Origin: Octopus sinensis
Lineage: Eukaryota
Reading direction: 5' to 3'
Assembly (NCBI RefSeq): GCF_006345805.1
Contig: NW_021836367.1
Span: 1-30,457, forward strand
Length of the DNA stretch: 30,457 bases
Shown piece by piece: positions 22,691-30,457 of this stretch. The notes under the pieces are model-generated. The model saw only the letters and a list, made by a program, of their open reading frames with translations. It was not told the origin of the DNA and did not search any database. The first letter of the stretch is position 1; each line of letters starts with the position of its first letter. Position numbers and translations under genes: made by a program.

Positions 22691-23336
22691 AAAAAGCAGT
22701 AACGTATCTTAATGAAAAAGTGTACAATCAATTTTACCCTCCATCATTTCAAGGATGGTGAACAAATACCTGTCAACATTTGGGAGAAAAACCTCCACTC
22801 TCTATACCTTTTTTCACTTCCCTCTTGCATCTTAATTTCTGTGAAAGATATTATCTCGTTTGGGAGTTACAGAGAGCAATAATCACAAAAATAAAACAAA
22901 AATTAAAACAATAAGACTTGTAATATGGTGTATGGCGCCCCTCCAAATTAATCAGTAGCTGAGGGCCTAATGGAGACCAATTTCAAGTTTCGGAACAGAC
23001 ATATTACGTGGTACGATGGCGCTCCTAGGCGCTTAGGTGCTAAGTGTATGCATTTATAACAACGGATGATTCTAATTTTCTTTCTAGCCCAACTCGTTTT
23101 ATCAGTGTTGTAAATGCAATGGAATATTTTTAATACTCAGATTGATATCAGAATCAAGGAAACCATCCTTGAAGATAGATATACTAAGAAATACGTATGT
23201 CTGAATAGATGTGTGTATATATATATATATGCGACCGTGTTTGTATGTGTATGTGTTTCTGCGTATGTTTGTGTCTTACGTATATACGTACACATACAAA
23301 CACACATAGATAAATGTATGAATGAATCTATGTACA

Positions 23337-24148
23337 TATATACATCACCATTACCGTTTCTGGGGCGGCAAGGTATACAAAAGCAGACAAATGAAAGTGC
23401 AAATAGAAATTGAATGCATTGTGTATAGATGTATGGCTTTGTACTTGAGTGATCTCTCATATCATTGTCTTCAAAAAAAAAGAAAAAAAAAGAAAAGAAA
23501 AAAATCTATAAAGGCGCTGGAGTGGCCCTGTGGTAAGTAGCTTGCTAACCAACCACATAGTTCCGGGTTCAGTCCCACTGCCTGGCATCTTGGGCAAGTG
23601 TCTTCTGCTATAGCCCCGGGCCGACCAAAGCCTTGTGAGTGGATTTGGTAGACGGAAACTGAAAGAAGCCTGTCATATTGTATGTGTATATATATATAAT
23701 ATAGCTATATATATATATATAATATATATTTATATATTATATGTTGTGTTGTCTGTCCCCCTAGCATTGCTTGACAACCGATGCTGGGTGTTTATGTCCC
23801 CGTGAATTTAGCGGTTCGGCAAAAGAGTCCGATAGAATAAGTACTAGGCTTACAAAGAATAAGTTCTGGGGTCGATTTGCTCGACTAAAGGCGGTGCTCC
23901 AGCATGGCCGCAGTCAAATGACTGAAACAAGTAAAAGACTAAGAGAGTAAAAGAGTATATACAACTCCATTACCGTTTCTTGGGCGGCAAGATATACAAA
24001 AGCAGATAAACAAACCGTTGTACAAATAAAAATTGTATGCATTGTGTATAGATGTATGGCTTTGTACTTGAGTGATTTTTCATATCATTGTCTTCAAAAA
24101 AAAAATAATAATATAATAAAATAAAATAAAAAAAGAAAAATCGATAAA
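23337..24148 (+). repeat. Long direct duplication (23337-23511 and 23956-24148) flanking the SINE at 23512-23955
   Basis: Both copies run tatataca...ccattaccgtttct(g/t)gggcggcaag...tgcattgtgtatagatgtatggctttgtacttgagtgat...catatcattgtcttcaaaaaaaaa...aaaatc(t/g)ataaag. Confidence 0.9.
23512..23955 (+). mobile_element. SINE family A, full length
   Basis: Head aggcgctggagtggccctgtggtaag...ccgggttcagtccc, a CORE-like cttgggcaagtgtctt segment, central (TA)n/(TG)n, and tail GGCGGTGCTCCAGCATGGCCGCAG with (AAAAGAGT)-type repeats. Confidence 0.93.
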
Positions 24149-24205
24149 GCGTTTGAAATTCCTATTAAAATTCCAAACTTTTCGTTTGTTTTTTTGTTTT
24201 TGCAG

Positions 24206-24387
24206 GACTGGTTCGCCTTCAGGAAGTCCTGAACGCTGCGAGCAAATACGACTTTCAAATAACGGTACGAAAATTACAATTACGAGACGGAAAATATATT
24301 TCGCAATTAAAGGAAATCCAACAACACGGCGAAACTCGAATCATTGTTGACTGCAACAATAATACAATCTACAATTTGTTGAAGCAG
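24206..24387 (+). CDS. GRIK-like: Internal coding exon (182 nt, phase 1 to 0) of a kainate-type ionotropic glutamate receptor, amino-terminal domain
   Basis: The acceptor is tttttgtttttgcAG and the donor is CAG|GTGAGG. Translation is (G)LVRLQEVLNAASKYDFQITVRKLQLRDGKYISQLKEIQQHGETRIIVDCNNNTIYNLLKQ. It is gap-free collinear with the GluK2 segment [24 protein letters not shown]...[28 protein letters not shown] (recalled from memory; 21/61 identical by hand). The exact paralogue is not assignable. Confidence 0.88.
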
Positions 24388-24670
24388 GTGAGGAAGAGAA
24401 ATATTTCTAAGATTTGATCTATGAATTTCAATATATTCAGTAAAACTGTAGTAAAAAAAAAAAAGAAAAGAAAAAAACAGTATTGCACAATTTGAAAGTG
24501 AACATACAATTTTAACAATACACTGAAGAATATAACATTTTCGAGCGACATTCCAATTAATTATTTTCACTTTAAATAACAGCACAGAAAAATAGAATAA
24601 TTGCAATTTCCTTACGTGCATTCCACACATACACACACACACACAAGAAACAAACGCCTACACCACACAC

Positions 24671-24748
<78 letters not shown>

Positions 24749-24861
24749 GATATTAATATATATATATATAATTATTTGAGGGAATAAAATCCAACTTTAC
24801 GAGGAAAAAGAAGTCAATTTATAATACTAAATCAATTCCCACAATATAATATATTAAAATA

Positions 24862-25020
24862 TTAGAAAAAACCCACCTTTTATCAATTCAAAATGAATAA
24901 TTAAATTACACCATCAAGAAAATTATATATAATAGAAAAGTTAAAATTAAAATAACAATGGCGGTGCCCCAGCATGGCCACAGCTCATTAGCTGAAACTG
25001 GAAAATCAAAATCAAAAATC
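24862..25020 (+). mobile_element. AT-rich repeat body ending in the SINE-A-type 3' stem-loop and (AAAATC)n
   Basis: The body is homologous to 15139-15228. The tail is GGCGGTGCCCCAGCATGGCCACAGCTCATTAGCTGAAAC...aaaatcaaaatc. Confidence 0.65.
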
Positions 25021-25805
25021 AAAAAAAATTAAACAGTAAAGATTATGTAAATTACAAGAATAATATAATTTATATAATAGGTAGAAAAATATATACCTAT
25101 ATATATAATATACCTATTATATTATTCTTGTAATTTACTTAATCTTTACTTTTTAATTGTTATATATATATTTGCAGCTTTTAATAAAGCTGTTCTTTGT
25201 ATGAAACAATTGTACTGAACAACTAATCCATTCTTGTTGCTTTTTTCTTGTGTGTATATATATATATATATATTGACACAGATAATAAGGAAAGAGGGAG
25301 ACTGTATTTCTTATCAAAACTGATAGCGGGACCTTTTGAATCGACTGAGGCTCAGGTCACTGCTATATTCAGATGAAAACGTTTTCGCATGAACCTCACA
25401 GTGGATTGACATTCAGGACACAAGATACGGTCTCAGCTTCAATTTTGATGAGAAGAAACGAACATATCTTTTATAACATGTGTTGAGCTCTCCTTTCTCA
25501 CTAACCCAACATTAAGGAAAATACAAATACGCACACTCGCACCCACACACACACACACAAACATACTCACAAGCACGCAAGCACGCGCACACACCCATCG
25601 TTTTGTATTTGATTTGCACGATTCTCTATGTGAAGTCATGTGTTAAAACAAATTTTGTTTTATCTGGGAAGAGTCATACTTCTTTAATGCGTTAATATAT
25701 AACACTCACCGGTTCAATTTACATTTATTTTTTATAAATTTTCTCTAAAATTTCCGTTGCTTCTCTCTCTCTCACACACACACACAAACACACACACGCA
25801 CTGTC

Positions 25806-25964
25806 TTCCCTTCTCTGGATCTTTCCTTTTCCTATGTTTCAGACGAAGAGCTCCGCTCGAAACGTTAAACCCTCCTTCTTCCCTTCCTTCCTGAGCGTCC
25901 AATAATACTATATTTGTTCCACGTCCTTGCTTTTTCTCTTTGTGTTTTCATGTTTCGATTAACC
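25806..25964 (+). mobile_element. Short repeat family HH3, second copy, with a hammerhead-like motif (25836-25870)
   Basis: GTTT-CAGACGA-A-GAGC-tcc-GCTC-GAAA-CGTT-AAAC. Stem I GTTT/AAAC is perfect and stem III is the palindrome ACGT. Confidence 0.68.
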
Positions 25965-26054
25965 TTATATATATGTGTGTATGTTGTGTGTGTGTGTGTG
26001 AGTGAGAGCGTGTGTATTTATATTCACACATATATATATATGAAGATATGTATA

Positions 26055-26437
26055 TCTCTCTATATATAAACGGCAGTTTGTCTGTGCGTGTTTCTGTGTG
26101 TCTGTTTGCTTGTACCCTCACCCTGACCACGGCTTTCAACCGATTCTGATGAAACTTGACACACACATAGCCCAATGTCATAATTCAAAACTAACGCAGC
26201 GAAAATTTTGAAAAGTCCCCCAGTTCTGAAAAAAATCCGATAAATTCGACATGAGGCGAGAATCAGAAACACCAAACCGCAAACTGTCTAGGGGACCGAA
26301 CTCCACTTTTTTTACTCTCAAAAAAAATTTACCATCATTTTTTCAGCATTTTTGCTATATTTTGGCTATAACTCTATAAAAGTGATTTATAGTTATTTCC
26401 CTTACAAACCTGAGCAACGCCGGGGCGATACTGCTAG
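26055..26437 (+). mobile_element. Non-autonomous Helitron-like element
   Basis: A|TCTCTCTATATATAAACGGC 5' end, subterminal CCTGAGCAACGCCGGG hairpin-like motif, and CTAG|T 3' end. Confidence 0.72.
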
Positions 26438-26857
26438 TATGTATATAAAATATGTGTATGTGTATGTAAGAGAGAGAAAGAGAGAGGAGAGAGTAAAACA
26501 GAAAGAAAGCAAAAGGCAGATAGAGTGATGTCATTGATTGTTGCGACTGGGTGTTTCTCGTAAACACATCCGTAGTTAACTTGTGAAAAGTATATATTGT
26601 TCACCTGATTGCTTTATCTCTCATGACCAGAAAATTTGAGTTCAGCCCAAGTAGTTTCAGCGTTTTCTTTTAACCACTACATCATATATCAATTAGTTTT
26701 TAATGGCCAAAAACAGACAACTGATTATACGCATTAATCTTATACGCAATCAGTAACGGAAGTAAATTGGCGTGTCCAATTTGCATAATGCGGTAAATGT
26801 CGGAAAAATAAATAATTAATTAAATAAATAAAGATTATTGTTACATAGAAATTTCAG

Positions 26858-27036
26858 TTGTATGTGACTGTACGTTGTGCAAGGCTGCGAGCAAATCCGA
26901 TCTTCAAATAACGGTGCGGAAACTGCAATTACGAGAGAGAATATATTTCGCAATTAAATGAAATCTAACGTAAAAGGCCAAATTCGAAACTTTTACTGAC
27001 TGAGACAATAATACAATCTACAAGATACTGAAGCAA
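26858..27036 (+). pseudogene. Pseudo-exon: decayed duplicate of the 24206-24387 glutamate receptor exon, with ~110 nt of homologous downstream intron
   Basis: It aligns to the functional exon (gctgcgagcaaa...caaataacggt...caattacgaga...tatatttcgcaattaaa...aataatacaatctacaa...gaagca(g/a)|gtgag). It has a 2-nt deletion, CAA>TAA and TGC>TGA stops and further indels. 27037-27143 matches about 24388-24517. Confidence 0.88.
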
Positions 27037-27388
27037 GTGAGAGAGAGAGAAGGATGTTTTGAAGATCTGATTTATGCATTTAAAATACACAGACTATGGA
27101 AAAAATAGTATTTCACGATTTGAAATTGAACGTAAAATTTAACAGCTCACAGCGGATTATTTTTACCGATATTCCAGTTAATTCCTTTCTATGTGAATAA
27201 TATAACACAGTTAAAGAGCATATTTGCAAGTTCTCTCTTTTTATTACAACATAATTGTACGTATGTACACAAAAACATACACACACACACGTACATATAT
27301 ATATATATATTATATTATATATATGCAGATCTCTACATATATATATATACTTATATATACATACAAACATACATGCATACATAAATAC

Positions 27389-27702
27389 TTACTCTTTTAC
27401 TTGTTTCAGTCATTTGACTGTGGCCATGCTGGAGCATCACCTTTAGTCGAGCAAATCGACCCCAGGACTTATTCTTTGTAAGCCTAGTACTTATGCTATC
27501 GGGCTCTTTTGCCGAACCGCTAAGTTACGGGAACGTAAACACACCAGCATCGGCTGTTAAGCAATGTTCGGGGGAACAAACACAGACACATAAACATATA
27601 TACGACGGGCTTCTTTCAGTTTCCGTCTACGAATTCCACTCACAAGGCTTTGGTTGGCCTGAGACTATAGAAGCTACTCACCACACAGCCACTCTTACGC
27701 CT
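27389..27702 (-). mobile_element. SINE family A with a ~60-nt internal deletion in the head/central region
   Basis: Family match, with the join actatagaag|ctactcaccacacagccactcttacgcct. Confidence 0.9.
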
Positions 27703-28435
27703 ACATGCATATACATACATCCATACACACATATATACATACATACACATGCATACACACATACATATATACTTACACACACAGAAACACACAAACATAT
27801 ATATATTTACCGGAGTAAACACAAATGTGAAACAAGATGGAAAAAAGTACTCAAAATACCAGGGGTAGAGTAATATGCTTATATATGTATGTATGTATAT
27901 ATATGTATGAATGTATATGAATAAATGTTTTTGTGTACGATCGAAGAAATATATAAGGCTGGGAGAACAAGGGGCAGTATCTGTTAGGGGTAGGGCTGAT
28001 GGAGCAGACAGACATCATATTTGGTATAGTAATACAAATCAAAGTTTATTAGATGCAATATCATGAGGTTTGGTAAAGGAAAACTTAAAAACAAGAAGAC
28101 AATTAGGGGGAGGGGCAACCACTAGCAGACCATTGATAATGAAACAGGGAAAGTATTATCATATAGTACTATAGTTAAATATTTTAAACAATGTTGCTAT
28201 ATTATATACAGTTGAAGTTTAGGGTTATTCAAAGGATTATTAAGAAGAATATTATAACCAAAGCATAGAAATTTATGAATACTATTGAGCATATATCAAA
28301 ATAATAACTCATCAAAAGGCATCTCTGAATATTGATTAATTGGTATATGCTAGTAGTAATAAATGAGTTTGAGGTAAAGGAACATGCTAATCATATATTA
28401 ATAAAATTATAATCTAACCAGTTTTAAATCAAGGT

Positions 28436-28488
<53 letters not shown>

Positions 28489-28686
28489 TATATATATGTT
28501 ACAAAAAGAAAATATAAAATACACGTGGAAATGTAAGGGGAAATATGAAAAATCAACGAAAATGCGCATTGCGAATAAAAAGTATTTTTATGAAAGTGAA
28601 CGAAAATATATACATTAGATTGACTGAGGTAGTAATAAGAGTCATAAAAGTCATTATGAGATGATTAAAAGTCAGAAAACAAATAA

Positions 28687-28717
<31 letters not shown>

Positions 28718-28959
28718 AATATAATATATATATTATTGCAGGGTTTGCAGTATCTTAGTCAACAGTACACATGCAGATTAGGTTCATTGGTTTTAAAGTA
28801 CAACGCTGTAAGCAAATGTGCACGAAGTTTTGCCTAGTAAACTCTAACGCAACTTTTTTCTAAGTAATATTCTCAATTCATTAGTTCTACCTTAAAGGGA
28901 AATATTTTAGATTAACATTTGTTGCATAAAAGTTTTAAAAATCTCAGTGAAATAAGCTA

Positions 28960-29132
28960 AAATTGAGAATATATATATAAATAATGTATATATTATATAA
29001 TATATATATCTATATATAGTATATATATATATATAGATATTATATATATATAATATATATATATATACTATTATATATATATATGTAGATATATATATAA
29101 TATATGTATATATATATATATATGTATATATA

Positions 29133-29200
<68 letters not shown>
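28960..29200. repeat. Interrupted (TA)n tract
   Basis: Seen directly. Confidence 0.92.
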
Positions 29201-29409
29201 AATTGATTGGAATTCAGTACGTGATGTTTGATAATAGGAAAAAAATTCGTTTCTTTTATTACAAGGAAGCTAAATGCATATAAATGTAGAAAGGAAATGA
29301 TTGAGTTAATCGGATAAAGTTTTGTATGATATACGTGAAAAAAAAAAATTACAATAAAAAGAAAAAAGCTAACAAATATGTACACATATAACACACACAT
29401 TATCATGCA

Positions 29410-29455
<46 letters not shown>

Positions 29456-29524
29456 AGATATATATATATATAATATCATGCGCGAATGTGTGTGTGTGTA
29501 TGTAAGTATATATAAATAGCTGAA

Positions 29525-29716
29525 TATTGATGTCAAATTTTGGCACTAGGTCAGCAAGTTCAGGCGTAGGGGAAAGTCGATTAAATTGCTTCCAGTGCTC
29601 AACTGTCACTTATTTTATCGATCTCTAAAGGATGAAACATAAAGTCGACCTCGGCAGCATTTAATCTCAGAACGTAAAGACGGACGAAATACTGCTAAGC
29701 ATTATGCCCGACGTAC
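29525..29716 (-). mobile_element. Older SINE family C copy with a third tail variant
   Basis: aaaggatgaaacataaagtcgacctcggcagcatttaatctcagaacgtaaagacggacgaaatactgctaagcatt matches the family C core. The tail differs from those at 11930 and 17250. Confidence 0.75.
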
Positions 29717-29792
29717 ACCACTAATTGTTAATGAGGACGAAGCGTAGCTGATTTATATTTAAGAAGCTATTCACTGAGGATATATATAATAT

Positions 29793-29824
<32 letters not shown>

Positions 29825-29835
29825 ATATATATATA

Positions 29836-30160
29836 TATTGTTTTATTTATGAAGGGTCATATTGCCAGTTTAGTCAATAAAAACACCGCACTATATATTT
29901 GGTGTTACTTTGCTTCAGCGTTATTCATTTTTTACATTAATCTTAATCATATTTCGGCCAGAGTTCTTTCGTCACACTCCTGTGACCTCATCAGTGGTCC
30001 TTTGCTTTCTTTATTTGTGCGATGAAAGAACTCTGGCCGAAAGACGATTAAGATTAATGTAAAAAGATGAATAACGCTGAAGCAAAGTAACACGAAATAT
30101 ATAGTGCCTGTGTTTTTATTGGCTAAACTGGCAACATGACCATTCCCAAATACAACAATA
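29836..30160. repeat. Inverted repeat, arms ~138 bp (29836-29973, 30021-30160), spacer 47 bp; family HH4
   Basis: The arms are roughly 90% reverse-complementary by eye, with both substitutions and indels. A further fragment of the arm end lies at 10759-10794. Confidence 0.9.
29956..30000 (-). ncRNA. Candidate type I hammerhead motif overlapping the spacer of the inverted repeat
   Basis: The minus strand reads GGACCA-CUGAUGA-G-GUCAC-aggagu-GUGAC-GAAA-GAAC-UC/UGGCC. The core is canonical and stem II is perfect. Stem III is only about 2 bp and not palindromic. Confidence 0.45.
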
Positions 30161-30215
30161 TCTATTTCAACACACAATTTCACATCAAAAATCTTGCAAA
30201 ACAAATATATAAACG

Positions 30216-30246
<31 letters not shown>

Positions 30247-30457
30247 TGCATATATATATATGTGATTTGTGTGCATATATTCACCAAGTTACTTCATGTG
30301 GAATATCTGAGATGTTTTACACATGTTCAATTATCTTTTAATCAACTGCATCAGTGGATTGCTACTCAGCTACCCGCTTTTTGTTTGGTTTCTATACAGA
30401 TCTGTTGTACTTTGCTCAGTACATTTTTATAGTAACCTGGACAAAGGTCTGTAAGTT

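Noticed and set aside
24153-24350. 65-aa ORF overlapping the exon
   Set aside because: It is the wrong frame. The frame beginning at 24208 (CTG GTT CGC) gives the receptor-like sequence and fits the splice sites.
26145-26160. CTGATGA inside the Helitron-like element
   Set aside because: There is no stem II, GAAA or stem III geometry, so it is not a hammerhead.
28741-28806. AG...GTAAGC-bounded open 66-nt segment
   Set aside because: The translation GLQYLSQQYTCRLGSLVLKYNA does not resemble the expected next receptor segment (A..MGM..EY.HYIFT).
390-30432. Most ORFs in the supplied track (Y/I/H/T/C/V/M-rich proteins)
   Set aside because: They are translations of (TA)n/(CA)n/(TG)n tracts, which lack stop codons in several frames. 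They have no domain motifs or splice context.
30401-30451. Strong polypyrimidine/AG acceptor and a GTAAGT donor 51 nt later
   Set aside because: The phase-0 frame needed to follow the 24206 exon contains stops, and the other frames show no convincing homology.

Overview
AT-rich eukaryotic DNA packed with microsatellites and SINEs. The SINE families and the extreme (TA)n content fit a coleoid cephalopod, probably Octopus (recognised from memory, not from a database search). The window is almost entirely intronic. It holds one clear coding exon (24206-24387, +) encoding part of the amino-terminal domain of a kainate-type ionotropic glutamate receptor, and a decayed duplicate of that exon at about 26858-27036. 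Nearly all ORFs in the supplied track are microsatellite or antisense artefacts. Mobile content: three groups of tRNA-derived SINEs (my working labels A, B, C), a 3' fragment of an RTE/BovB-like LINE, two non-autonomous Helitron-like elements, a possible MITE, two large fold-back elements, and six hammerhead-ribozyme-like motifs from four sequence families. One of these (3705-3789, -) has every canonical core nucleotide. The most notable signals are: the hammerhead mini-elements abutting (TA)n tracts; SINE-C multimers with a fixed junction inserted as single TSD-flanked units; head/tail module shuffling among B SINEs; long direct duplications around two insertions; and the duplicated receptor exon, which shows synonymous-biased divergence. 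There are no CRISPR arrays or prokaryotic features. All alignments and folds were done by eye.
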